DNA from: the human T2T-CHM13v2.0 reference genome, Homo sapiens
NCBI RefSeq assembly: GCF_009914755.1
Contig: NC_060926.1
Length of the DNA: 64,000 nucleotides
Direction: 5' to 3' (one strand)
A program made the translations under genes and the position numbers. Positions within the stretch are counted from its first letter, which is position 1; each line of letters starts with the position of its first letter. The notes beneath the pieces are model-generated. The model was not told the DNA's origin, did no database searches, and saw nothing but the letters and a program-made list of their open reading frames with translations. This document shows positions 27,985 through 44,287 of this stretch, piece after piece.

Positions 27985-28454
27985 AGAGGAGCAGTGAAAT
28001 CCATTTCAAAAAGGCATGCGGGAGGAGAGGGATTACTTTGGCCATTTTTGGACATAATCTGCCACCACTCTTTGCCACTGAAATCATTTTCATCCTTCAC
28101 AGTTTTCCCTTCTCAGCCTAGCCAGTGTCGATTTCCCCTTACTCCCTGCTCTTGTGGCTCTGAGTATGGGCTGCATATTCCACACAACCACATCCGGCCT
28201 TGGATGTAAGCATTTGGTTTAGGTTCCAACCTCAGGGCAATGGGCCATGTCTTGTATATTTTTATGTTTTCACACAGTGCCTTGCACAGAGAAGTCCATA
28301 ATAAATATTTGTGGAATGAACAAAAAATGCAATTAATTTTACTATTCTAATTGTTGCCTGGGCAGTTTGCAAGCTTCTGTTCCTCCTTATATGTCCCACG
28401 TTCCCTACCTCTTCCAACTCTTAGAGCATTGCATGATGGGAACATCTCAGAAAA

Positions 28455-28685
28455 CGGAACACTGGGAGCCAGAAAACCCGGGTTTTTGTCCAGTTTCTAC
28501 CACCTCTTAATTGTGATCTTGGGCAAGTCATTTGAATTCTCTGGGGCTCAGTTTCCTCATGTCTAAAAAAAAATAATAAAGGAAGAGTAATTGAATATCT
28601 ACTATAGGGCTATTGAGAGAATATAAGATAGGTGAAGTACTTTGTAAAGTCTAAAAACCTTCACAGATTATTACTATTATTAATT
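28455..28685 (+). mobile_element. MIR
   Basis: tgtgatcttgggcaagtcatttgaattctctggggctcagtttcctcat core. Confidence 0.75.
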
Positions 28686-28736
28686 CTGAAGCACACATTT
28701 GATCTCAGTTCCTTGCTGGCTCTGCCTTATGCAAAC

Positions 28737-29218
<482 letters not shown>

Positions 29219-30086
29219 TAATAAGATCCCCAGTGAAGTCATATGAACGTGAAAGTTTAAAAAACTGATTTAACTTGCTTATCTAATGTCTAAGGCAGCT
29301 GGGGTCCAAGAACCCGAATGACTTGCCCAAGGTTGCGTAGGTAAATGAGCAGCCCGTGAAACACTGGGTAAGAGCCTGTGCTTAGAATTATATATAGGCC
29401 ACTGCAGGAATCCAGGCTCTCCTCTTCGCCAGCCTAAAATCTTGGTAATTCCCTGAATACCTCTAAAGCTCAAATTACTTTCTGTTAAAGGAGTAGCAAT
29501 GCTACTTCAGAGGCTCATTGAGAAGTTAAAATGAAAAGTAGGTAGAAAGCACCTAGAAAGCTCTCAATAATCAGTCGTTAGAATCATTATTCTAACTTAG
29601 ATGTCCACATTCTGTGCTGCCTCATAAGCATCCCATGTTGCATAGAAGAAATGGGAATAGTGCGTTTAGATACATTTGGTCTTTCTGAGACTAATGTTAT
29701 ATCTAATTTAGATTTTATGGTTTGTAAGAATGAGGAAAAGGAAGAGGGCTTCCAGAGGAAAGTGAACAGAAAGCTGTACAGCTGTGAGATTGCAGATATT
29801 TGCTTGCCTGACTCTTTCTGGCTTGGCTTGTCCATGATGACCTGCAGAACCAACCAACCACTGGAGGAATGTCCAGGTGGGTGAGGCTTTTGCCCACACT
29901 TCGCCCCACAGCTTTCTGGGGCTTCTCCCCACCTTCTTTCCTCTCACCTCTGAGTGCTTCCCTTCCTTTACCCCCTGCAGTGTTCTCATGCAGGCTTCTC
30001 ACAGCCTCCCAAAGTGGGGCTCTACCTCTTCCTGTCTCCTGGGAAACCCCGCAAATTCTGGACCTTTCTTCCACATATAAGAGTCA

Positions 30087-30390
<304 letters not shown>

Positions 30391-30499
30391 GTCACCTGCC
30401 CCTTGCCTCATTTTACAGGACTGGCCAGCTAATCAATTTTAACACTGGCTTTACTTCCTTTTGAATAATATTTGCATTTTTCTGTGATGGAGTATTTTT

Positions 30500-32402
30500 T
30501 TCCTTTTATTCTTAGGTGACTCGTAATAATTGTACTTATTTATGGGGTGCAGCGTGATATTTTGATACATGTATTAATGTGTAATAATCAAATCAGGGTA
30601 ATTAGCACATCCATCATCTCAAAGATTGATTATTTCTTGATTATTTCTTTGTGTTTGGAACATTCAAAATCCTCTCTTGCAGCTTACTGAAAATATGCAA
30701 TAAATTACCATTAACTGTGTTCATCCTCCAGCACTATAGAGAACCAGAACTCATTTCTCCTGTCTGGCTGTAATTTTGTATTCATTAACCAACCTCTCCC
30801 TAGCCACCTTCTCCTTCCCCTCCCTGCCTCTAGTAACCACTATTCTACTCTCTCCTTCTGTGAGCTCAGCATGTTTCAGCTCCCATATACAAATGAGAAC
30901 ATGAGTGTATACATCTTTCTGTGCCTAACGTATTTCACATAACATAATTTTCCTCCAGTCTCATCCTTGTTGCCACTAATGACAGGCTTTCATTCTTTTT
31001 TATGGCTGAGTTGTATTCCATTGTGTATATGTACCACATTTTCTTTATCCATTCATCTGTTAATGGACATTTAGGATGAGTCTATCTCAGCTATTGTGAA
31101 TAGTACCGCAATAAATTTAAACATGCAGATATCTCTTCCGTATACTGATTTTCTTCTCTTTAAATAAATACCCAGTAGTGGGATTGCTGGATTATATGGT
31201 AGTTCTATTTTTAGTTTTTTGAGAAATCTCCATACTATTTTCCATAATGGTTGTATTAATTTGCATTCCCACCAACAGTGTATAAGGGTTCTCTTTTCTG
31301 CACCTTGTCACCAGTGTTTATTTTTTGTGTCATTTTGACCATAGACATTCTAACTATGGTGAGAAGATATCTCACTGTGATCTTGATTCGCATTTCCCCG
31401 ATGGTTAGTGATGTTGAGCATTTTTAATACATTTGTTGGCCATTTGTTTTCTTTTTTTTAGAAATATCCATCAGATCCTTTGCCCATTTTCTAATTGGAT
31501 TAGGTATTTTGCTGTTGAGTTATTTGAGTTCTTTGTCTATTCTGGATATTAGTTCCTTGTCAGATGTATAGTTTGCAAATGTTTTCTACCATTCTACAAG
31601 TTGTCTCTTCACTTTGTTGATTGTTTCCTTTGCTATGTGGAACCTTTTTAGTTTGATTTAGTCCTATTTGTCTATTTTTATTTTTGTTGCCTGTGGCTTT
31701 GAAGTCTTAGCCATAAAATCTTTGTCTAGACCAATGCCCTGAAGCATTTTCTCTATGTTTTCTTTTAGTAGTTTAAAAGTTTTGGGTCTTACATTTCAGT
31801 CCTTAATCCATTTTGAGTTGATCTTTATACATATATGGTGAGTGATAGGGGACTAATTTCATTCTTCTGCATATGGATATCCAGTTTTCCCAGCATCATT
31901 TATTGAAGAGACTATCCTTCCCCAATGTATGCTCTTGGAGACTTTGTAAAAAAATCAGTTAGTTGTAAATAAACGGATTTATTTCTGGGTTCTCTATTCT
32001 GTTCTATTGGTCTATGTGTCTGTTTTTAATACCAATACGATGCTGTTTTGGTTAATAGTATAACTAACTTTCTAGTGTAATTTGAAGTCGGGTAGTGCGA
32101 TGTCTTCAGTTTTGTTCTTTTTGCTCAGGATTGCTTTGACTATTTGAGCTTTTTGTGGTTCCATGCAAGTTTTAGGATTGTTTTCTCTATCTCTGTAAAG
32201 AATGTCATTAGTATTAAGAAAGGAATTGCATTGAATCTGTAGATCGCTGTGGGCAGTATGGTCATTTCAAAATATTAATTCTTCTAATCCATGATCATGA
32301 GATGTCTTTCCATTTTTTTTTCTGCTTTATTCAATTTCCTTCATCAGTGTTTTTTCATTTGTTTGTTTTCATTGTAGAGATCTTTCACCTCCTTGGTTAA
32401 AA
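30500..32402 (-). mobile_element. L1MA-type LINE 3' fragment (end of ORF2 + 3'UTR), decayed
   Basis: L1MA 3'UTR (aattgtacttatttatgggg...atcaaatcagggtaattagc) followed by continuous ORF2 reverse-complement text. Confidence 0.88.
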
Positions 32403-32654
32403 TATGTACGTTTCAATGACAGCTTTTCTTATCTCAGACCCCCAAAGAGTGAGTAATGTATCATTCAGTGGTACAGATGTGTTTGAGTGGAATGACAATG
32501 GGAATCTTTTAGCACTCCTCAAATCCTGTGACTGTGAGCAGCAGCCAGCACCGTCTTCCATCAAAATGGTTTCTAGAGACCCACACTCTATCTATTCCTC
32601 TCCCTACCTTTTTTTCCTTTTTCTCTCCCTCTCTCTCATTTTGCAAACCATTTG

Positions 32655-32900
32655 ACATTATAAGGTTAAGAACACAGACTTTGGAGTCAGACTTTCTGGG
32701 TTCAAATCCACACTCTGTCATTGACTCTCTCTGTAATGTAGATAAGTTGCTTAACCTCCCCAGGCCTTAGTTTCCTTAACTGTAAAATGGGGTCAAGAAC
32801 AGTAGCTACTTTATCGGGTTGTTATGAAGTGGAAAGGCATGCATATTTGCTAAGTGTTTGAAGAGTGCCTGGTGCAGAATAAGTGATGTGTGAGTGGTTG
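32655..32900 (+). mobile_element. MIR
   Basis: gactttggagtcagactttctgggttcaaatcc...ttagtttccttaactgtaaaatgggg. Confidence 0.8.
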
Positions 32901-33289
32901 CTACTGTGAGCTTAGGGCCCAGAGATGAATGACCCAATTCCTATATATGGATTTATCTTTTATTCCTCCTTTGACTACAGGGATATATATGGAAATCTGA
33001 GCAAAGGGAAAATAAAGGGAAGATAGTGACATGAAGCTAGGAATGAGGATGGTACACAGGTATGTGTCTGAAGTCCTAAAACTCCTGGAGGTGGGTTGCA
33101 GATTTGTCTCTAATGATGGCGTTATACTAAAGCACAATCAGAAAATGCTGTAATGGAGAGAGTGGAGGCAGAGTAGCAGTATTATTTATTTCATGCACCT
33201 AGGCAACCAACCCCACTGATATGGTTGCCTAATCCAAGAATAGATTTTTTAGAGTAGTGGTTCTGAACCTATTTTTTTTTAACTAAACT

Positions 33290-34736
<1,447 letters not shown>

Positions 34737-35079
34737 TCATGAGCATAGGTATGAAATAATCCACTTGGTCCCTCTTTATCCCTATGTCTCCATAGTTCTG
34801 AATGCTTACTCTGATTTACTCATGCAAAAAGGTTTTTATGTGTGTCAGTACGTATAGCTTGGTAATATTTTATGCTTCCTGCCTCTTAGTCATGAAAAAG
34901 TGCCAGACCACATCAAGACAATTAGCTCAATATAGCATTCTAGCTGATACCTTTTAACACATCAAGATGGGTATCCACATAATAAATTATATACTCAGAT
35001 AAAAATCTGGCAATACAATCGTGGAAGGCTTATTTTATTCTATAATACTGATTATAGCAGTGTATAGGAGATAGGGTTG

Positions 35080-35612
35080 TTAATCTGTAAATACCATCAC
35101 ATTTTCTGCTTGCAGAATCTGGATTTTGTTAAGGCATTTATCCATCTATCCTTCTGCTAATTGCCTTAAAAGAAAATCCTGGTTAATCTTGACCAATCAT
35201 GATAATTTCATTCTCTTTGCCAAATGTTTGGCTTAGGGGTGGAAATGTGACCTAATTTTAGCCAATTATGTATACGATGGTTAATTGATGGGAGAGCTTC
35301 TGAGAAAGGTTGTGTTGAGTATTAAAAAAAAATTCAGGCAAAAAGGAGATCCATACTTCAATCTGATGCCCAGGACCACAACAGCCAACTTGTGACCATG
35401 AGAGGAACTCAGGCAACATACTAAGGGTGGAAGAGACAAAAGATAGAAAGATTCTGCATCTTTGATGATGTCACTGAGCTGCTGAATTCACCAACCCAGG
35501 AGGCCTCCTACCCCAGTCCCCCTTGTCAGATAAGATAAATATTCCTTTTTGTCTTGGAAATTTTGAGTTATTATTTCCTTTACTTGCAGCCAAAAGCATC
35601 TTAATGAACACA
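35080..35612 (+). mobile_element. MLT1J/K-like LTR
   Basis: atgtgacctaattttagccaatt...gatgatgtcactgagctgctgaattcaccaaccc...tacttgcagccaaaagcatcttaatgaaca. Confidence 0.65.
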
Positions 35613-35674
35613 CACTACTTTAAACTATTTTAAGGCAGTCATTAAATATTTTTAGATCCTAGGCTCTTTCCAGG

Positions 35675-36200
35675 ATTCATTCATTCATTGATTTTTAACA
35701 AATATTTACTCAAATATGGGAGTAAGACAGAGACATTGATCAAATAATCACACGTACATATAATGACAAAGTATGATCAGTAAGAAGAACAAAAAATATA
35801 AGAAACTTTATGAGAACAACTGAAGGATAGAATTTAGCTTGAGAAGAGGCCCTGTTAAGGTAAGACTTCACTTCATAAGCAATGAATGAACTGACATCAG
35901 AAAGTGAAGGGCGGAGGAGGAAAGTGTCCTTGCAATAGTCTGGGGCAGCAGCATGTGCAAAGCTTCCATGTGGGAAGCAGTGTGGTGCCCTGGAGGAACC
36001 TGAAGAAGATCTATGGGACAGGAGGAGAAAGACAGAGAGAGGAGTGGCACATCTAACACTGAAGAGGTCCAGATGACCTAGGATAGACCCTGGAGACCAT
36101 AGTAAGGATTCTTCTCTCTGTCCTAGAAGAAAAAAGAAATACAGCGAAGTGCTCTAATCTGGGAAAGATAGGATTATACGATCTAATCAGTTCCCTCTGG
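35675..36200 (-). mobile_element. L2 fragment
   Basis: (attc)n tail then gcagcatgtgcaaagcttcc...gaccatagtaaggatt. Confidence 0.6.
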
Positions 36201-36336
36201 GTACCTTAAGACTCAGTCTTGCCATAATATTGCATTCAAATGCAAAACACTATCATTTGATAGAGAAATGCAATCAAAGATAGTTCTTATTATTTGTGCC
36301 TTTTAAAGGGTATCGTAGGCAGAGAGTATTAGAACT

Positions 36337-36668
36337 TGCATTAGTCCGTTTTCACACTGCTGATAAAGACATACACGAGACTGGGTAATTTATACAGAAA
36401 AAGAGGTTTAATGGGCACACAATTCCATGTGGCTGAAGAGGCCTCACAATCATGGTGGCAGATGAGAGAATGAGAGCCAAGTGAAAGGGGAAACCCCTTA
36501 CGAAATCATCAGATTTTCTGAGGCTTATTCACTACCATGAGAACAGTATGGGGGAAGCCATCCCCATGATTCAATTATGTTCCACCTAGTCCCTCCCACA
36601 ACACTTGGGAATTATGGGAGCTACAATTCAAGATGAGATTTGGGTAGGGACACAGCCAAACCATATCA
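36337..36668 (-). mobile_element. THE1B-like solo LTR
   Basis: ttagtccgttttcacactgctgataaagacatac...ggacacagccaaaccatatca. Confidence 0.88.
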
Positions 36669-37041
36669 AAGCTCACCCAATATCTATGTGTTCCTCTACA
36701 TTGTCCAGCTTTCCTTGCAGTTTGGTTGAGATCATGGGACTGGGTTCTGATGGCAATGATGTAAGCTATTTCCAGGTCTCTTTCTTAAAAACATTCTGTA
36801 TAACGCTGTGGCCCTTGCTTCATCAGCCACAGTGATGTTGGAGGCCACCTTTCCAAGTGGCATAGCTTCAAGGTGTAAGATGGCTGCTCATCTGCAACAG
36901 ACTTCAATGAATCAGAAATAAAACCCCCCTTTTAAGGCCCCGAGTTTTCACTGTGTTTGTCACTGCAGCATAACATGACTATACTAGCTTCCCAAGGCTG
37001 CTGTAACAAATTACCACAAACTGGGTGGCAACAGAAATTTA

Positions 37042-37840
37042 CAGTCATGTATCACTTAACAATGAGAATACATTCTGAAAAATGCATTATTAGGTGATTT
37101 CATTGTGCAGACATCACAGTGTGCTTACACAAACTTGGATGGTATAGCTTATTAGGCACCTAGGCTATGTGGCATAGCCTGTTACTCCTAGGATATGAAC
37201 CTGTACAGCATATCACTACACTGAATACTATAGACAATTGTAACACAATGGTAAGTATTTGTGTATCTAACTATATCTAAACACAGAAAAAGTACACTAA
37301 CATATGGTATAAAAGATTTAAAAACAACACACCTGTATGGGGCACTTACCACAAATGGAGCTTGCAGGACTGGAAGTTGCTCTGGGTGAGTCACTAAGTG
37401 GCAAATGAATATGATGGCCTTTAGGACACAACTGTACACGACTGTAGATTTTATTGGTACCATTTAGACACACCACTTCACCTAACATTCACATCTTTGG
37501 GATGTGAGAAGAAACTGGGGTACCCGGAGAAAACCCATGCAGACGTGGGGCGAATGTGAGAACTCCTCACAGACAGTGGCCTGAGCTGGGAATAGACTTT
37601 ATTTTTTTCTCATCAATGTTATAACAAAATGACTTTGAACAAAACGATGTTATTTGAGGATGTGCTGTACACTTAGGCTACACAAAATTTATTTTAAAAT
37701 AAAATGATTGGGCTATGATGTATGATGGCTATGACATCACTAGGTGATAGGAGTTTTTCAGTTCCATTTTAATCTTATAGGATTTCTGTCATATATGTGG
37801 TCTGTTGTTGACCTAAAAGTCATTATACAGTCCATGACTA
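37042..37840. mobile_element. Tigger3 (MER7-type) DNA transposon derivative
   Basis: TA|cagtcatgtatcacttaac...catgacta inverted termini; internal text resembles Tigger3a/b. Confidence 0.8.
37456..37667 (-). mobile_element. MER6 fragment nested in Tigger3
   Basis: ccatttagacac...ggggtacccggagaaaacccatgcagac...aaaacgatgttatttgaggatgtgctg|TA resembles the reverse complement of the MER6 left end. Confidence 0.7.
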
Positions 37841-38081
37841 TGTTCTCTCACAGTTCTGGAGGCTAGGAGTCTGAAATCAAGGCATCACTGGGGCCATGAT
37901 CCCTCTGAAGGGTGGAAGGAAGAATCCTTCCCTCCTTCTTCCAAGCTTCTAGCAGTTATTGGCAATCCTTGATATTCCTTAACTTGTAGCTTCTTTACTT
38001 CAATCTTTGCCTCCATGTTTACAAGCCTTTCTCTGTGTATGTCTTTGTGCTCAGATGGCCTTATAAGGACACTAGTATTGG

Positions 38082-38505
38082 TGTCTTAGTCCACTTTGTG
38101 TTGCTGTAAAGGAATACCTGAGGCTGGGTACTTTATAAAGAAAAATGGTTTATTTGGTTCATGATTCTGATGGCCGGAAAGTTCAAGATTGGGCATCTAC
38201 ATCTGGTGAGGGCCTCAGGCTGCTTCCATTAGTGGCCAAAGGCAGAAAGGAACCCAACATGTGCAGAGATCATCTGGTGAAAGAGGAAGCAAGAGAGAGG
38301 AGTGAGGTGCCAAGTTCTTTGTTAATAATCAGTCCTCTCAGGAACTTGTAGAGTGAGAACTCATTCATCCCCTAGGGAGGACACTAATCTATTCATGAGG
38401 AATCCACCCCCATGACCCAAACACCTCCCATTAGGCCCCATCTCCAACACTGGGGATCAAATTTCAACATGAGATTTGGAGGGGACAAATATCCAAACCA
38501 TAGCA
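38082..38505 (-). mobile_element. MSTB-like solo LTR
   Basis: tgtcttagtcc...atccaaaccatagca; perfect TSD attgg at 38077-38081 and 38506-38510. Confidence 0.88.
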
Positions 38506-38672
38506 ATTGGATTAAGGGCCCACCCTAATCCAGTATGACTTTATCTTCACTTAAGTGATTACATCTGCAAAGACTCTATTTCCAAATAAGACCACATTCT
38601 GAAGTTCTAGGTGGACATGCATTCCAGAGAGGGCACTATTCTACCTGCTACAATGATGAATACAAGATATAA

Positions 38673-39023
38673 CAGCAGTCCCCAACCTTTTTGGCATCAG
38701 GGACCTGTTTTGTGGAATAAATTTTTCCAAGGAGTGGAGAGGAGGGGAATGGTCTTGGGATGAAACTTCCACCTCAGGTCATCAGGCATGATGATCTTAG
38801 AGCTTAGATTCTCATAAAGAGCTCACAGCCTAGATCCCTTGCATGCGCATTTCACAATCGTGTTCTTGCTTCTGTGAGAATTGAATGCCGCTGCTGATCT
38901 AACAGGAGGCAGAGCTCAGGTGGTCATGCTGGTTCACTCACCACTCACTTCCTGCTGTGCATCTCGGTTCCTAACAGGCCACGGACCAGTACCAGCCTGA
39001 AGCCCAAGGGTTGGGTACCCCAG
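38673..39023. mobile_element. MER1B hAT-Charlie element
   Basis: cagcagtccccaacctttttggcatcagggac...gggttgggtacccc termini. Confidence 0.8.
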
Positions 39024-40020
39024 ATTTATAACACTTAGCAGTGCTTCTTTAAAAACACCATTTTTCTCCTCTCAAATCCCATGGCAGCTGTACGACTCTC
39101 ACTTCATTCCCCTGTCCCTCTTTTACCTTTAGTATCTCCCCAGCTTTCAGGCTGAATGGCCACGGTTCTACCATTGCCTCCCCTTTTCCTCACATCTCTT
39201 TGTACCACCTCTCCGTACATTCATCTTGATTCAGTATCACAACAATCATGGGAACTGGGCCGAAAAAGCAGAACTGCATTAGAGGGCAGAGCAAAAGGGA
39301 GGAAATTAGGCAGCAAAAGCAAAATATTTCAGTGGATGGATGGATGTGGAAGACAAGAACACACTCAAGTTAATAGGCCTTCCCAATCAAATTTGCGTTT
39401 TAATTTGCCTGCTTCCTGTAGTGTCCGAGTCTGATTGTAGGGGGCAGGCAAGAACATAGGCCAGAAGGCCACTGGGAAGCTGTGGTAGCAGTTCTCAGAG
39501 TTTGGATCAGAATGATGGTGGAGGAATGCCAGCGGCAAAATATCCCAGGGGACAATACTGCTAGGACTTAGGAAGAGCAGGTGAGAGAGAGAATATCCTG
39601 ACAGCTATGCAGTCTCTTTTCAGAAAAATGCACATCTAAAAATTATTTTACTAGTACAGGTGACTCTTGTTTATAGACTCCTGAAGCCCATTTTCAGCCC
39701 ATTGATAGCCCTGGCTCCAGAGAAATCATCATAGACCTCTGGAATAACAGCTTCTTTCATTCAAGTTTCTGAGAGCTACTGGGCAGCAGCCAGGTTGAGA
39801 TTGTGAGGGTTGCCTGGAGTGGTCCAGTGTTGCCCAGAATGAGTGAAGCCATCAGCTTTAACAGCCTGGTGCCTGAATGGAGCAGTGCCACCCACACAGA
39901 GATGGTCCATGGGGACAGCCACAAAAAAGGCTTTTATAACTGTATTTTCCAAAAACAAGAGCAGAGAAGAGATGCAGCTTCAAAGTGGGAAAAGCTAGTG
40001 GATATTCAGGGGAAACCTGG

Positions 40021-40371
40021 TATATTTTCATGCTGCTGAAAAAGACACATCTGAGACTGCACTATTTACAAAAGAAAGAGGTTTAATGAACTCACAGTTC
40101 CACGTGGCTGGGGAGGTCTCACAATCATGGTGGAAGGTGAAAGGCAAGTCTCACATGCCGGCACGCAAGAGAAGAGAACTTGTGCAGGGAAACTCCCCTT
40201 TATAAAACCATCAGATCTCGTGAAACTTACTCACTATCACAAGAATTGCATGGGAAAGACCCGTCCCCATGATTTAATTACCTCCCACTGGGTCCCTCCC
40301 ACAACACATGGGAATAGTGGGAGCTACAATTCAAGGTGAGATTTGGGTGGGGACACAGCCAAACCATATCA
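40021..40371 (-). mobile_element. THE1B-like solo LTR
   Basis: THE1 text; TSD cctgg at 40016-40020 and 40372-40376. Confidence 0.88.
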
Positions 40372-41589
40372 CCTGGGGCAGAGGCAAGGGGAGACAGGTC
40401 CTCAATAAGCAAACATCCAGTATAGATGCTGAGAAGTGGGAGGGTATGCAACAGGGAGTGAGGCATATTAGTTCCTGTGATCCTTAGCTCTGATAGTGAG
40501 AGTCAGATGGGCTTCTGCTGCAGCTCATGCTAGCCTGTCTGCTGATGACCAGTCATGCAGGTGACTACTGTGAACCTGTGTGGCTGCTCATGATAGGCTG
40601 CCCCATACTATGTAGAGCCAGCCAATAAAACTGCACACTGCTTTGTTTCCTATGTTATGAGGACATGTTCGAGCTTGGCCTTCAGGCATTTGGAAACTCC
40701 CAAACCCACAGACTGGTAGAGAGGGGGAGTAAACTGAGTCATATTGGACTGGGTCACTGGGACTGATAGAATTGGGAGTGACCTTTTCAGGGCCTGCCCA
40801 GGGGAGGTAGCCAGCCACCTTAATCACCGAGTGAGATGGGGTTTAATCTGGGCTGGTAACAGTAGCCAAGTGGTCCGGTTTGATGGCTAAGGGTGGTAAG
40901 ATCTCTGAGTGGTCATGGCAGCCAGCATCAATGGAAAGTACTATTTTGAATCCAGGGAAGGTGCATTTGGAATGAACCAGTATTACTGACAAATGACTGC
41001 GGGTTGAGGGCCAGGATTCAGCTCACTGGAGAGAGAAAGGGGTAGGAAGACACTGGGGATATTTTTAGGGTTTTGGTCCAGCAGGAAATGGAGGACCCAT
41101 CAGGAACCTGGCTGGACATAGTGATTGGGACGTAGTGTTGGTTGTGAGTGGTGCTGTAGCTCATGTAGGAAGTACACAGCAGGCTCAGGGACTCTTTGGT
41201 AATTTTTTTTTTTTTAATCTAGGCTCTGGGCCAGTTACTGAGCAGGGCCCTAGGGTTTGGGAGCTGTGGATGTGTTGCCAGGCTTGCCTCTTATTGGCTG
41301 ACAAACTCTGCCTGAATGGCCCAGCAGGTAACAGGTCTCCAGTCTTTACAATGGGCATGCCTAAGGCAGTCAGGCTCTGATACTGCTTGGCATATAGTTT
41401 CCTGCTGAGATCTGAGGCCGGCCCAAGCCCTGGCAGGCTTAACTGGAACCCCCCATACCCTCCTGGGATCCTGGCCTTCCACCTTCCTCCAGATCCCCTA
41501 GGCAGCTGCCTACCAGACTGGGCACTCCCTCTCCAGCTCCAACATCGGGTATCATGGCCCTTGAGAATATGGTGCTTTCCAGCCTAAGC

Positions 41590-41805
41590 CTTGGAACCAG
41601 ATGACCTGGTGTCAATTCTGGCTCTGATACTTCCTACAAGTGTAATCCTGAATGCATTTCTTCACCTTATGAACCCTAGTTTCTTCATCTGTAGGTAAGA
41701 AAAATAACTCTAAAGCAAAAGTGGGTAAGAGAATTAGATGAGATCATTCATATATAACACTTGGCATAAGGTCCAGCACATATAACTATTTCCGGATATT
41801 GTTAT
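41590..41805 (+). mobile_element. MIR
   Basis: gacctggtgtcaattctggctctgatactt...ctagtttcttcatctgta. Confidence 0.65.
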
Positions 41806-43220
41806 GCTTCATAACTGGTTAACTGGGGTAGGAGCTGTCCCTGGCCTTGCTCTGGTTCCTTTTTGTTATGACTTTAGCCTTTTCCCCACCAATCTGGTAT
41901 GCTGAGAGTCTAACATATCACCAGGTCTAATATGCTCCGGGGAAATTCTGTGATTGCATTTGTGTGAAAGGACATTCACATGTACACATTTTTAAGGAAG
42001 AGTTGGTGATCAACCCCCAAATCAATTCACTGTGATTCTTCCTCTTTTTATTATTTCCACTCTGAATGGAGAAAAAATAGACCCCTGTCACTTCTGGGAA
42101 CACAGTGAAATTGACACCTCTCTTTTCAGAAAACCTTGTTAAAGGCTCAGTACATAGGACTGGTGGGAGAAGGTTGTTGAATCATGCTGCTTGGTTCATA
42201 GCAGGATTGAGAATAGGTTTACGAACTGCAAGCATATGAGAAGATATTTATAGGAAGGGTTGTGACATGTTATTCTCCACCATTGCCAATAATAGCACAA
42301 GAATAAATTAAATAAGTTATAAGAGGAAAGAGCCAGGTTAGATACAAAGAAGAGAGTACAGAAATAGGCCAAAGAGACCCAGACCAGAAGGTACAAAAAT
42401 TGGGATTGTCCTAGGGATCCTTGAAGGTACATTTAAGGCATAGAATGCAGTGACATTAACACAGGCAAACACCCATTCTGAGTCCATCTAGTCTGTGTAG
42501 TTTCATAGGGAAGTAATAATTATCATGGTTTTTTTTTCTGACAGTGACTTTATTTCTTTCTTCTTTGCCTTGCATTGTGTTCACTTTCACTTCACCATAA
42601 CCTCTATTCTCTTTTTCACCCTGCTTCTGGATGATGAGAGTTAGTGTCCAATTAAGTTGAAAATTAATACGCTCTCTCCTTTTAAATTGTCATTAAAATA
42701 TTTTATCCACCACCTCCACCCCAGGCACTGTCCATGGAGTGTTTTTTAAGGCTATTTACAAGTCTCCACATAGAGTGGAAGATAGTAGAGGAATGGGAGA
42801 TGGGGTCTTGACTTCAGGTTTTATTTGGTTTGCCAGTCTTTTGAGCATGGGCTTCTGTGGGAGGTTTCTATTGCTTCATTTTCCTGTGCTCATTTTTCAT
42901 TCTTCAAGTTGCAGAACCTTGATGTTGCTTTGGGAATTACCTCCTTCTCTCCCACACACTTGATTCCATTGGAAGCAGTCCTGGGGGTACTGCCAATCAA
43001 GGTGGCCCAGCCCTCCCTTGGGCAAGATTGAGTAGCTGACGCAAGTTAGGCCAAGTAGATACTCTCCTCCTGCAATTGGAATCTTAAGCAATATGGCGCA
43101 AAAAGACGGAAAACAGCTGGAGATTGTTCTTCATGACAATGGCAATTTGAGGTGACTCATTAAATAGTTTCTGACACCTTTGTACCTGAAGCTACTCTGT
43201 TCTTAGCCCTTTCCGAAATC

Positions 43221-43223
<3 letters not shown>

Positions 43224-43259
<36 letters not shown>
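43224..43259. repeat. (GT)18 microsatellite
   Basis: Perfect GT run, apparently inside a decayed ERVL-type LTR (~42730-43375). Confidence 0.95.
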
Positions 43260-43261
<2 letters not shown>

Positions 43262-44287
43262 CAAGCTTTTCCTTTTATGATTATGAGAGCCTGTATCCTT
43301 TCAATAAGTTTTTCTTTTTCTTAATTTAGTTACAGTTGATTTCTGTGTTGGAAGCAAAGCATCCCCAAAGATACTTTGATATGCTGTCCTTCATGAGACT
43401 ATTAAAGACTGCAAAACAATTCTCTTAGGTCCTTTAAAAAATGATCTTTTCTTGCTTTAAGGCATTAATAAAATGTTGATTATTGGCATCGAGACAGTTG
43501 TAACATTTTGCAGGAGCAACCAGATGGTGACATTACACAGAATTTCCTAATCCAATTTATCTTGAAGTTTGTGTGTTTGTTAAATCTTGAGAAAATGTTT
43601 TATCATCATCATTATGTTGTAGCTCTACTTTTTAAAAACTTAGCTATAGACTCTCTTATGGGGGTAGAATTTGGATGTAATGAAAGCAGCTTGTTTGGCA
43701 ATGCCTCAGAAGTGTACACCCTAACTTCAAAACAATTTATGTCCAAAATATCTGAAAGCAAACAAATATTCTCAGAAGGGAAATATATCCTAAGTGGATA
43801 CAGCCAATATGTAGATTTTATTACAGCTCTGTCAGGACCCAGTGACATACACATTGCTTTTGCTTACACATAAACCTTTCACAGATTGTGATAAATGCTT
43901 CTTTGACACAGTAGGCACTGCTTTCAGCAAAATCCCTAAGCAATGGACTCTGACCAGAAGCCACATGAATGGTGGAAAAAGACCTTTGCTTTGGATTGTA
44001 GAGAAGATTGCAGATTAAATTATTATGGTCAAGTAAGGGCTAGAAAAATGTCCACATTTGCAATAGGAAATCTATGGATAGTTTTTACATTTACATTAGT
44101 TCTACCCGAGTTAGTTTGGTAGGTGAGACTAAAAGAAGAAAACGTAACACTGAACCCTAGTGTTGCTGTTAGGAACTCTCACAGATAAATATCAGCTTCC
44201 ACTCAACGCAAGCACAGTTTATTCACAGGCAAGTATTCCCTATTTCCCCTCTGCTCCTAGCTCTGATTTGTCTCCTCTTTTACAAAT

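Larger units (their letters stand above)
36980..38652 (-). mobile_element. MLT1B/C-like LTR split by Tigger3 and MST insertions
   Basis: Pieces 36980-37041, 37841-38081 and 38506-38652 join into a continuous MLT1 LTR. Confidence 0.75.

Noticed and set aside
40440-41585. Possible decayed ERV/LTR sequence
   Set aside because: Some LTR-like features (ccaataaa) but I could not assign a family or boundaries with confidence.
43508-43873. 121-aa ORF in AT-rich unique sequence
   Set aside because: Starts at TTG; no recognisable protein similarity or retrocopy hallmarks (poly-A, TSD).
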